From NCBI GenBank assembly GCA_964187785.1, contig OZ076413.1:47494001-47558000 (forward strand): DNA of 64,000 nt, in the 5' to 3' direction. Source of the stretch: Amphiscolops sp. MND2022. Lineage: Eukaryota. Under the pieces are notes generated by a model, which ran no database searches, was not told the DNA's origin, and was given only the letters and a program-made list of their open reading frames with translations. This document shows, one piece after another, positions 48,501 through 60,262 of this stretch. A program made the position numbers and the translations under genes. Position 1 is the first letter of the stretch. Every line of letters starts with the position of its first letter.

Positions 48501-49486
48501 CTCCCTAATTCAACAAGATTATGCAGTACTCCGCCTTAGGTCAGCCCTTAGGAAACTGGAATCCGAATGTTTGTTCTGCCGCAGTAGAAGAGCAAAATGT
48601 CTCCAACCCCTGATGGCCGATCTACCGACTGAACGCCTGGCATACAAGAAGCCCGCATTTACCAACACAGATGTCGACAGTTTTGAACCTCTACATATGA
48701 CCGTCCGACAAACAACTGAAAAAAGATGGATAATAATTTTTACCTGCCTAACAACCAGAGCAATCCACCTAGAAGTTCTCCATAGTCTAAACACCAGCTC
48801 ATGCATGATGGCAATTGACAGATTCGTGGCCCGTCGAGGTCGACCTGATACTTTCTGGTCAGACAATGGAACCAACTTTGTCAGTGCCAGCAAAGAAGTC
48901 AACACCATAGAAACGCCAGCCCTTCAAGAAAAATGTGCTCAGCGCCGTTTAAAGTGGAAATTCAATACTCCATGAGCACCCAATCAGGGAGGAGCTTGGG
49001 AAAGCCTAATCAAGTCATGCAAGTGGATACTTTTCACCTTTCTCGGATCAAGCAAAGTGAAAGAAGAAGTTCTCAGCACCTCAATTTGCTTAGTAGAGCA
49101 AGCAACGAATTCCAGACCTCTCGTTCCTGCAAGCTCTGATCCAACAGATCTGAATGCCTTGTCTCCCAATAATTTCCTCAATTGTGGAGAAGTCCTTCAG
49201 CCTGCAGTTTTTGCCCGAGAACCACATCACGCACACCATCGCCGAGTTTACCAGCAAGCTCAACATTATGCAGATCACATTATGCAGTCACTCACCACGC
49301 GGAAACTACCCTTTGGCCCGAGTGTGCGAGCTTCACTATGACAGCAAAGGAGTCTCAAGGTCTGCTAAAATTATGACCAAGGAGGCAGTTTTGATGCGCC
49401 CTGTCAATAAGTTGGTCAGATTGTGGAACGTCAGCAACGCTACCCCCGAGAATGTTGAAAGTGACTTTCAAAATTCACATGAATGA
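42526..49486 (+). pseudogene. BEL/Pao gag-pol pseudogene
   Basis: Gag FDGNPLDWFEWFGQF and KLTYLKTLVSGKAK; protease AMLDSGSTHTWI; RT WYLPHHPV, VSADIEGMFLQV, FYMDD; RNase H LHVFGDAS, KARVAP, TIPKLELQAA; integrase IFTCLTTRAIHLE, SDNGTNF. Split over at least ten ORFs. Confidence 0.92.
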
Positions 49487-49751
49487 AAACTCATCAATGA
49501 AAACTAGTGACTTGAAACTTGAAACTGCTGAACAATTGTCTTGAAACTGTTGAAAACTTTCTGATATCTCTAAAGTTTGATGAAATTCTTTCGTTACTCC
49601 GATTTTCCTCTCACAGCAAAGCAAACTGACCCAGATTTCTGAGACGGGTCAAAATTCGTTGTGTTTTTTAATTTTCTTTCTCCCCCTCAGAAATCTGGGC
49701 CAAATCGGTAACCGGCCGTCAACTGAAACCAACGAAACAGCATTTTTTCCA
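49453..49751 (+). repeat. 3' LTR (299 bp)
   Basis: Direct repeat of 42042-42340. Confidence 0.95.
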
Positions 49752-50219
49752 GAATACATTTGTTGGTTGCACTCGAGTTTTTCAAAAGTTGTCGTTGCTT
49801 AGATATTTGAAGACAGAAAATTTTCCGGTACTCGGCGAGCCTTTGGTTCCGTGAAAGATCGAGAATTTTGCTCGAACGTCTTCAGAAGTCCCCTTTTTGG
49901 ATTTCATGTCGAAGAGTTGTTTCAATGGTTCAAGAAGGATGAAGGCGCTCGGCAGAATTGAGAAAAATATACAAAAAGGTTAATCTTGTTTTTCAACGTG
50001 GAATTTTTAATCGACACGTGCGAATGCATTGGTGAGTTTGATACATACACAGTTTATATGTACAAAATCTAAATGTTGATGCAACGTAAAACTTTTGATT
50101 GTAGGTCCTTTTCCTGCTCTTTCACGTATTGCCGACAGAAGATTATGTTTGAATCCAAGAAACACCGAACTCTTTAAAAGAAGTATTATTTTTTAGATAT
50201 AAATTGTGAATATTCATTC

Positions 50220-50850
50220 TGAGGATAGCCGGTCCCGAGGAGGGGGAACCGTCATTAAGGATGCTCTCCGACCTGTTCCAGTCTGTAACTGCTGAGAATA
50301 ACAGGCATTATGTTTTTTCTCTTCACAACAACATTCTAGACAGCCTTTAAAAACAATGCCAAGGATAAACAGTGTAAATTTCCAATTCCAGGGTGACATG
50401 GAAATAAGGTCTAAAATGGGAAATAAGATCAAAACTGCAAAAACTAGCGCTCGAGCTAGCTAAAACCAGTGAAAATACACGAAAACAGGCATGAATATGG
50501 TAAACCACACATCTACAAGCTGGGGTGCAGGGACTCCAAGCACCAAAAAAGGATAAGTGAGCCAAAAATTGCATTTTTCCGGTTCTTGGTACATTGGGTA
50601 GCATAACTCTGAAAATCGGTAAAAACCGAGGTTAGCACCTTAAAAAGAGTCTATTTCTGAGTTTTCTAAACGCTCGGGCTTCAGCACTCCGTGTTCCCGT
50701 TCGGTCGTCTCCGCGGGCAGCTTGCTTCGTCTTCTGAACAGCTTTTTGACAGGTACTTTGGCCAAAACATGCTGAATTTGCCACGTCAGATTTGAACGAA
50801 CTTTTTTTCGACTTTTTTGAAAACTCGTTGTACCACAGGGTTGCGTTACA
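50220..50850 (-). repeat. diverged direct repeat, copy A (decayed coding sequence of unknown family)
   Basis: AGGATAGCCGGTCCCGAGGAGGGGGAACCGTC (50222) matches AGGATAGCCGGTTCCCAGGAGGGGGAACCGTC (57155). TGACAGGT...TGCCACGTCAGATTTGAACGAA...GTACCACAGGGTTGCGTTACA matches 57641-57735. Confidence 0.75.
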
Positions 50851-51764
50851 TCACTCCCCGGTCCTTAGGCATGACGTCCCTGTCATGTGGAGAAGCTGGA
50901 AACATCTCCACATCATCAATGCAATCTGCTGGGAAATCAAACTGATGTTTTGCAAGGGTCCAGTGGCACTGTAATCTTTCACGGATTGGGCAACCTTGAG
51001 GTCTTGCTTCTTGCCCTGCACAGAGCCTGCATCGTCCACAAACTGTTGAAACAGAGCTAGCCCTCGGGCTAGGAAACAAGTACTCAAAAATGCACGTTGA
51101 AATTGATCAGATCCCAAAAAAGCACCAGCTTGTTAGCACGGATTCTCTGCACCAAAAATGAATACGATCTTGTTCACACTTTTTGGACGTTTAAAATTTC
51201 TTTTACGGAGCCCCGAAGCTCCAAAACGCACGTGGTTCTCATCGAAAACTTCTTTTCCACGCCGGCAGTAACATTCTAGTTTGCAGAAAGTTAAAAGATG
51301 TTCTCGATAAAACTTCTTTTCAGCGGAAAACCACTGTTTAAAAAGAAATCGAGCTGTTTTTTGGTCCTTTTTTGTTCACAGTTCTGTTTGGTTTGTGCAA
51401 CACGCACTGATGTGCAGCCCCATACCTGTACAGAGTTCAGTAGCATCTGTTAAAGAGCGCATCAAAAGCAAACTACGAATTGCTCGTAAGTGTAAGCACC
51501 GGAATGAAGTAGGCAAAGATAGACAAAATCCTGCAATTCAGATCTCTGGAGCGCGCGAGCTCCGCATATGTTGAGTATCACATTGAAACCTGGAAGCAAA
51601 CTGGAAACTTTGGGAAAATTCACGCAAAAACAAAAATAGCACCTTGTGTTTTGACGCAAAACATGTAGAGTTTTTGAGTTTCTGGGATTTTTATTGAATT
51701 AACAGAAGTACTCTATCTCAAACTTCTGGAAGAAGAACAGAAACAAAAATGTCGCGACGTACGT

Positions 51765-53107
51765 TTACATGACCACTAAAATTTCGAAATAAAGTTGCAG
51801 AAATAACTGCTCGAAAAAGAACATCACGTTGCATGGTTGTCCAGCAGAATTGTGGAGTATAGGGGCGTTGTTATCCTCCACTGAGGCTCCCCAGACCTTA
51901 GTTGACTCCCCGGGCCCTAGTCGTTTAGCATCCTCCTTGTTTTGAGGATAGCAGGAATTAGACAGAAGATAATGCCCAACACGTAAAATGCAGAAAGATA
52001 TATTGGGTCTTGGACACGATCTGGGATAGTTGTTCGGACGACAGCCACGCCTATATCCCTTCGGTCGGTATGACCGTGGTAATAGAATGGTTTCCGCGAC
52101 TGAGCGTGGTGGACGACCGCGACGACGTCCATCATGAAGGGAAAGCAGCACTGTTTGCCATGAGTGTTCACCAGAAGTGCGCGGTGGTCGACCACGTCTA
52201 CGTCCAGCTGGAAGGGTTCTACCTGAGCCACGAGGCAATCACATGACAAAGGTTTGTGGGTCTGCCAAAAAATAATCCTGCAGACCATTTTTAGCAGAAC
52301 GTGACCCCATAGATTCTTTCAACAAATCCGGCAGCAACTTCGAAGTTGACAATAGGGACTTTGTTCCAGGAAAATGAGTGTCGCAAACCGAATCCATTGA
52401 AGTTGTCGATAGGTGGTTTTGAAGGAGGTTTGGTCTTGGTGCTGCTTCAGCTTCCAACACGGCTTTGGCATATAGACTTCTCAATCCGCAATTTGTTTCA
52501 GAGCAAGAATTTAGAGTTGAGTACCCTCTGCCCCTTTATTGATGAAGTGAGGGGTAATGTTGTCATCAGTTCATCTTTCGTATCACTTGAGCAGGGATTG
52601 CTTTCGAGCAATCCATAATCAGCGGTGTGATAAATAGGTAACGTATTAGCCGTGGTTGTGGTGTCCAAAAATATTGGGTCGACCCCCATTTCCTTTGTAT
52701 GCGGTGTCATTAGTTGTGTGTCGGAGTCGTTTGGAATATTGATAGTGGCACTTTCGAAGTGTACTGCTGCACTTAACGACTGCTATTGCGCTATCACTCG
52801 AGCTAGCAATTGCTCTCTGCGTAAATCGCTTTGTGCCAACATGATTGATAATTCATGCTCCAGGGTCTCTAGCTTCTGGTTCAGTGTGTGATAATTCTGA
52901 ATACTGGTTACATGGAGTGAAGACATTCTCGACGACGACAATGAACTAAGACTGGAAGCCCGTATAAGCCTCTCCTGCTCGGTAACTCGCGAGTTAACTG
53001 GCATTGAGTCTAGAAAGTCAGATACAACGTTGAAACTGTTCTCCAAAGGCCAGTCTTCCACGTTCAGATCATCCAATTTCGTTGATCAGTCATGTTCATC
53101 TACCATT
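51765..53107 (-). pseudogene. decayed ~440-codon ORF with an N-terminal coiled-coil-like segment and two AT-hook motifs
   Basis: ORFs 52783-53076 and 52498-52710 share one frame; 52239-52484 and 51765-52238 share another and are separated by a single TGA. RRRGRPPR occurs twice. LNQKLETLEHELSIML has a heptad-like pattern. Confidence 0.55.
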
Positions 53108-56100
53108 TGAGATTCACTTTCTGCTTTCAAGACGGGTTAAACGATTGGTTGTGCTGCACTGACACCCTCATACCCCTTGGAAAACGAACGGAGGCGGTCT
53201 AGGACTTTCCACAAATTCATTCCAGCTTCAGATAGATTCAAACTGCTTGACTAGAACTCTTTTTGTACCCAAAATTAGTCTTTTGGGCACAGTCAAGCTG
53301 AGTTGCAGTGGTCACAGCGTGCTGAAAATAGCCCCAATTATTTAACGATAAGCGTCGAACTTGAAAATTGTGCCCTCGAGCGCAATGCTGCGGTAGTGTG
53401 GCATAGTGTACACGAAACAAACAGTCGAGCTGTCTATTGACATCTCAACCTCAAGGAATTTGGATGTGTTGCAATTACCCCGAAAAGGTTCTCTGCAAAG
53501 CTGACAAAGCTGACGTGATATTTGGTGCTTATACTGCTTGACACTGCACAAAAAACCAAATTAAGGCACCAAAATTTTTGTCGCTAGGAGGTGACTTCTG
53601 TCAAAATCTCGTGACTTTGGTTAAGTCGGGTCCCTCAGGGTGGTTTCTGAATATTCGAAACCCTGTTTGGGCTCACCACGTAACGTCTAGAGATGTTCTC
53701 GTTAAAAAATTCAGTCAGAAGTGTGTCGCAGGCACTTAAACTCTCCGATTGAGACTTTATCAGAGTCAAATTTCAAAGTATCAGTGGAGTCAAAATTTAT
53801 GACCCCTGCCGGCAATTTTTTTGAATTGTAGGATTTGCCTCGTTTGCACCCAGGAAGGTCTATCAGGTCCGTTCAGTTAGAAAATGAAAATTTTTGGTCT
53901 CTGCCTTCCGTATAGTGGGAGTACTATGGTTTTATGTTTTCGTTTTTCTGACGGTTTTATCGGGACTTTGGCCAAAATGCGTGTCCGAGCACAGTCAAAA
54001 TCAGTTCTATCAAACGTACTGGGAAGAAAAGCACTCAACCTGATGGTCCAGTTACACACGCTGGAAAAATGACCTCCGGAAGCCGATAACTACCTCCAGT
54101 CACAGACTAGAGAATTTTTTTACCGATTTTTAATATTTTAAAACTTTTTCTGAAAATTACTCAAGTGGCTCGTACAAAGACTGGAAACGTAGTATGGGGA
54201 TCACAATTAGCCACACGGTCCCACGTGTATCCCGGTGCACTGCAATAAGCACCAATTGGGTCGCAGACTATTGGATGAGTTTCATATACGGTACAGGCTT
54301 TCCGCATCACCGTGTCTCAACTGACACGATTTTTCAAGGTGCAATCAAAGACTCTCGTCCACAGTGCTGAGCTCGCAAGATGACTTTGCCAGCAACGGCG
54401 CACCAAAGGACACTGACAACAACAACCCAAAGCAAAGTAGTACCAACTTTCTGATAAGGTGCGCCGATAATTCTAAAAAATGGTCAATTCGTAACAATAC
54501 ACAGGATATCACAACAGTAAGTAACAAAATGCTAGGACCCAGCAAAGCAGCGCACTCGATATTGGCCACATTTCGCACGTACAGCAATGAATTCACGAAT
54601 AGGAGTTCACACCAGGGGGTTTTTCACAGGTTTCCATTACGTAAAGCTGGGTTTTGTCCCACTTTCCAAGTTTTCGTTTTGGTGAAACCTTAAGTCAAAT
54701 TCACCATAAGCACGTCTCAAATGAGTCGAGATCACTTCTGTGGGTTGTAACGAGTTCAAATTCACACACGGTGTTGATACCAATCCACAAGCTTAGAAAA
54801 TGACTTTACTTTGGAGTTGCACCTTCAATGAGACAAGCACGAGACGTTTACAACAAATTTTGAAATATCACGGAAAGGACAAAAAACACAAGTGGTTCGT
54901 ATTCGTCACTGGAGAATCGGATCCGGCTCAAAATTGACCAGAGGATCTTGCATCTACGTAGGTACACGTGATTGAGCACCGATTTGGACTCCGAGGCTTG
55001 TACATTGTGTCGCCTTGGTACAGACGTGCGATACACCTATGTCTCATTAGGAGTCAAAAGGCACCCTTATTATACACTTTCTAAACACCGGCTACAGTTA
55101 GCGGCTCGGTTATTGCGCTAACAAGGCACCAACTAGCACAGGTAACGTCAAAGGGCAGCAATTTGTCCCCACTTTTCGGTTAAGGTGTTCATGCACTTCC
55201 AAAATATTTCGAAAAATTCGCCTTTCCGAACGTCTTTTTGTGCAGTACAATTTTGCCAATTTTTCAACACAAAGTGCACCAATCGGCACGAAACTTGGTA
55301 GGCGTTGCCAGTGGGCACCCACAATGCTGGTTCAATGGTCCGATGAAAGCCCGCGAGCTTACCTGTGATCTCGGCTTGGTAGGGACACTATCTTTAGCGA
55401 CGCTACTAATGTTACGGCAGGCAAAATAGGGTCAACGTGTTGCCCCACTGGTCCCAGCACTGCCACAAGCCCCAAATCAGTGATGCCTAATAGGTAGGAA
55501 GCACTGTCAGTCTTGCAGTTTTGGCTTTTTTCGGTGATTTTGGCACTTTCTGACGTCAAAACGTCAGAGAGCGTTTCTCGAGTTTGGTTTGCGCTAGGCT
55601 CATCACATTTTCGGCACTAACGTTTAATTTGGTGGTGATTATGAAATTGCAACCACTTTTTAGCTAGGGTTCGGGAATCAATGACGTGACCCTAACAATT
55701 AGACAGTCCGGTTTTGTGGAAACTTGATCAAATTCAGTGCGTTTTACCACTTTTCTCAGGACTGAATGGGAGTTTTTACATGCGGTTTGAACCACCACAC
55801 GTTATTGTTACTACAAAAACAGAAAATGAGAGCGCATAGGCTCCCAGGTTACGAAAACACTGAGGACCCTAAAGGTTTTAATGATGCACTCTGGTACTCC
55901 TAAAACTAGACAACAATCAAGGTTTTTCGACCTGTGATCCTTAAGATGACGTTACAAACTCTTCTGAATCTTCTTTTTGGTACTATACAGTGTGCTCCAA
56001 ACTAACAGTAGTTAGGAAGAGGCAATCACATCACTATCTGGCATCACTCACATCACTCTCATAGTTGCAATTTGTGGTGGTTTCATGCCAATTTCGTCAA

Positions 56101-57149
56101 AAACCGTGTTTTTTCATACAAAATGCGTCTCAAAAAGACTCCAACGGGTTTTTTGTTGATGGTTACATTATAAAACAGAAGTTTAGAGATTTGAGCTGCT
56201 TTCTATATATTTTTGCAACTTCTGTGGCTAAAATCTAGAGCGAATGAGCTCGGACCAAGAAAAACATTCAAAAATGCCAAAAATGACGTTTTTTTACTTT
56301 TGCACGCAAAAGCAGACTTTTCTCACTAAAAACGGCTGCAAAAGCACACACTAAGTTGCAACTGCAAAAAAACGAGCATGAAAAAACGATTCCCTATCAA
56401 AAATACACAATCGAAAAATTTTTTCATACTCCAAAAGGCTGACACTTCTGGAATGAGGGGTGGTACATTCGCCGTCCTCTTTCCCAACACCCAGAACAGC
56501 TAAAGCGAAACAATTTAGACCATAGGCAACGTAAGCCCTTGTTCTGCTCTTCCACCAAATCCCATCCCTCTTTGACGCCAGTAGCAGAAATGAGAAAAGA
56601 GAGTCGGGAACTCTCGTTTCAGCTCATCTATCAGTCAGATGGAATATCGCGCATCCATCAATTGAATACCTCGTACATAGCCAAAAACGCTGAAAAAAGC
56701 TGCAAAACTCCCGGTACGACATGCGTAACGGCTTTCTAGCGATTCGCTAAGCCATTGCAAATGTACCCGCTGATGGGAACGTACAATTTCAGATCATACC
56801 TGTCAACAAATACCTTTTACAAGAACACACCACAGGTATTCGGAAAAATCCCGTGAAAGAATGAAAAAATACTAAAATATAACATCATATCATCTAAAAA
56901 GAAAAGGAAAACTCTTCTGGTTAAATATCTCCTGCCAGAGCCAATTTGTTCGTCGCGTCAAACACCAGAGGGCCGGATATTTTAAAACCATGAAGGAAAG
57001 CTTCCCAAGACGATCCCTCTGTGGTCGCCAAAAAATGATGTTCCATGTGACAGCAAGCGCTACGCGATTGTATCGTAACAATATGATGGAGGAACAGATA
57101 CCATAGATATGGTCCGGGACAAACCACCATGATATTAGCACATTTGTCC

Positions 57150-57740
57150 TCCTAAGGATAGCCGGTTCCCAGGAGGGGGAACCGTCTCTAGAGATGCTCT
57201 CTTGCCTGATACCAGTCTTTAACTGCCAAGAATCACAGGAATTTTGCTTTCTTCTCACAAACACCGTGTAGATAGCTCAGAAAAACAACAAGGTGGTGTA
57301 GAACTGAATTTTATCAACGGGAATCGCGGTAAATGCACAATGTAGGGGTAGCCCTCGAGCTAATAAGTAGTCAAACAAATACATCAATTACGACAATAAA
57401 GTCCAGTTCGGTAAAGCTGATGGGCGTTCGGGCGACATGGCACACCCCGGGCACGGGTACTGCGATCTTCAAGCTGTCATGCTGATTTCCGGGTCAGTCC
57501 TGCAAAACGATGATTTCAGCAGGCAAACACCGTGGATACAGCAATTTCGCTGTCTTTTCAACTTTTTTTGTGCTTGGCATGCGTTTTGTTCTCGCTCTCT
57601 CTCGCGGGGCGCTCCTCTGTCTGTTTGTTCACGTTTCTGCTGACAGGTCTTTGGCAAAATCAAGTTCAACTGCCACGTCAGTTTTGAACGAATTTTTCAA
57701 CATGAGCCAAATTGTACCACAGGGTTCCGTTACACATAGT
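57150..57740 (-). repeat. diverged direct repeat, copy B
   Basis: Same two conserved blocks, in the same order and at similar spacing, as 50220-50850. Confidence 0.75.
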
Positions 57741-57847
57741 AAAGCATGCATAGAAGAATTTGTGTTTTTGAATATCCTGAATGTGGTACCAACTTGAAAA
57801 GTATTAGACGTGTGCATGAATGAACGTGAGTCATCAATTGAGAACCG

Positions 57848-58273
57848 TTTTTAGTCGGCGCATTTCGAAGAAATGAACCAACTACAGCAGTGGCATTGTT
57901 AAGACCAGCGAACTGGCATTTTTGTATACGGAAGTCTATAAAGTGTAGCTCCTAGCTGCCACTTGGCCGAGAGTTTAACCCGGATTTTTTTCAGTCTGAG
58001 AAGGCAAGAGAGCGGGGTTCGAGTCTCGCACTAAACGAAAAATTGTTTATGCTTGCAAAAGTAGAGGGAGACCAGAGGGTCTTCCCTTTGGTTTTTTCTC
58101 TGGGGTACTATGCAAAATTTTCTGAAGTTTTTCCAACGGAATTGCCCCTTGATTCGGGAGTTTTTCACCACTGTTAACTATTTCACAATTGTGCTGCCTT
58201 ACATATCTAGAAAACTTTGTGTTTTTTTAAAAAAACCTTTATCGGAGCGCTGACTTGGGCCGTTTCCGGCAAT
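57848..58273 (-). mobile_element. Helentron/HINE-like repeat in inverted orientation, with a tRNA-like B-box inside
   Basis: TTTTAGTCGGCGCATTT is the reverse complement of the 3' end of 15841-16390. The other end reads GCCGGAAACGGCCCAAGTCAGCGC on the minus strand. GGTTCGAGTC lies at about 58016-58025. Confidence 0.55.
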
Positions 58274-58605
58274 TTTTTAGTTGTCGGTGTCTTTTTGTTC
58301 ATTAACTGGATCTGATTATTTTAATGATCAGAAAAACAGAGAACAGTGGTTCTGAATTTCGCCAACGTTATTTTAGTCGTTGTTTGGAATTTTGGTATCC
58401 TGAACTTGATACGAACACTAAATCCCGGGTAGTTTTTTAAACGTTCGGAACTTGCACTGAACGGGTTGAATTTTTGAACAAAGTATTGAAAACAAAAAAC
58501 CGTTCTATGCTGCTCTAATGTGTACAATGAATGCAATTAGAAGTCACACGTCAAAAAACACCTAGTTAGGAATGATGTAGTCAATCCTTAGAGAACCAAC
58601 CCAAT

Positions 58606-60262
58606 TGTCGCGGGCTACAGCCCGCGATGGCAACCAAAACCAGATTTCTTCTAATGACACGCATTTACCTCCTGGAGTATTGCCACTGTAGACCATGTGG
58701 ACCCCCAGTCCACGACTAGTGTGTATTTTACAAATAATTGAATCTAATAAACTAGCTTTTTTATAATTTCATTCTCTTACGGACCTTAAGTCCAATTAGC
58801 CAAGTGCGACCTATAGTTGGAATAACATGCTTAGTTTAATACTTATATGCAGAAATAGTAAGAATATGCTCAGTTATTAGTTTATTGTGATATATATGTA
58901 TTCCGTCATGTAAACCAGAAGGCTGGAAGTTTAGATTAGAAGCAGGAAATATAAATTTATAATTCAATGCAACTGTGGTATTAAAAAGAAACGCGTTCAA
59001 AATACTGTTGCAATTAGTCAACTCGAACGCGTAGTCCTTTATAATTTAACCAATCAGGATTTACCATTTCTTCATTCAATTGTGCTGTATTAGTGCTATT
59101 TCTCTTTGCTGCCATTATTAGTTACTTGGACCGCTGGTCCAAACATGAACTAGAACTACAAGTAGTATGTACGTTATTGAGTGCATGAATGGACAAACGT
59201 CATGTGAGAAACGACAACAGGGCTTTATACGTGAAAGGCATACCGCCTTTAACCCCCCACAATCTGTTATTATACACCATTCCCTGAAATGATGCTGTTT
59301 TTAGAGAACAATTCTAGCGAAGTATTGATATAGTTGACTCCAGGATCCTATTTGCCCGTAGCTTGTTACTAATTTTAGCTTTACTATCATAACGTCACTG
59401 TGACGTCAGGTCAATGTTACTATATTTATATGATGATTACCACAATTCTGATTGTCATGGTCCCGCAAGTATATATACCGGGACCACGGGACGCAGAGGA
59501 CAATCTTTGAAATACTGACCACACAAACCACACTCTTTTATCTTTTCATATTCTGATCAAATTGTGACTACCAGTCTATTTAAGTCGAAGAAGTTTTGTA
59601 ATTAATACAAATTCCTGTTCATTGCTGAAATTCTGTTCTGTTTGTTATAATATAGAATCCAAACAAAAATTATTGTTTGAGAAACGCAACTCTCTATGCC
59701 TTCAACCAGGAAGGAAAAAGCTAAGGAAAAGCGCTCTAGACAATCAGTCTTGATGTCTGATTTAGAGGATATGAATGTTATGCTGGCCAGTTACCCACGG
59801 AATCGCTCAGATGAGGAATTAAATGGAAACATAGAAATGGACTGAAGGTCTAACCAAAATAGGACTGCCATTCAATTTCAGATCACTATTGAACACTGAG
59901 AACCGGATTGAAAATGAAGTAACTATAGACACTTCTAGATTTATTAGCACTGAAATATCACAACAAGTGTCGAAGAAACTAGATGAACCTAAAAGGGACT
60001 TGAGTACTCAGATTACTGAGTCGATAAGTTCGGCGATTCAAGAAACTATTCTCCCTTCCTTGCAGAATTCATTGTCAGGCCTGAATAGTGGGTTAGGGAC
60101 AAATGTGGACTCAAGGTCCAGTAGACAGCAGGAACACCGAAGGTGAAAAGCACCAAGGTGCTTGGGGAGATGCTCAGAACTCAATTCAAGAAAACTCTAA
60201 TAATCATCCCCTTTCTAGAGGTAGTTCACTAAGCTCGATAGACTGTAGGAATGATCACGACA
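58606..60262 (+). mobile_element. putative long solo LTR (1657 bp) containing the start of a decayed gag-like ORF
   Basis: TGTCG...CGACA termini, flanks CCAAT/CTAAT (4 of 5 match), hairpin TCGCGGGCT-AC-AGCCCGCGA at the start, TATATATA near 59468. An ORF remnant starts at 59696 (MPSTRKEKAKEKRSRQSVLMSDLEDMNVML) and continues into 59889-60146. An alternative left end is 59453 (TGTCATGGTC, flank CTGAT). Confidence 0.6.

Larger units (their letters stand above)
42042..49751 (+). mobile_element. full-length but decayed BEL/Pao LTR retrotransposon (7710 bp)
   Basis: 299-bp TG...CA LTRs with about 11 differences by my count; 6-bp TSD GCATAC/GAATAC (1 mismatch); PBS; gag, protease, RT, RNase H and integrase motifs in order, with many stops and frameshifts. 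Confidence 0.95.

Noticed and set aside
59453..60262. Shorter 810-bp definition of the solo LTR (TGTCATGGTC start, CTGAT/CTAAT flanks)
   Set aside because: It would put the TATA-like motif only ~15 bp from the LTR start, leaving no U3. The 58606 start is preferred, but this alternative is not excluded.
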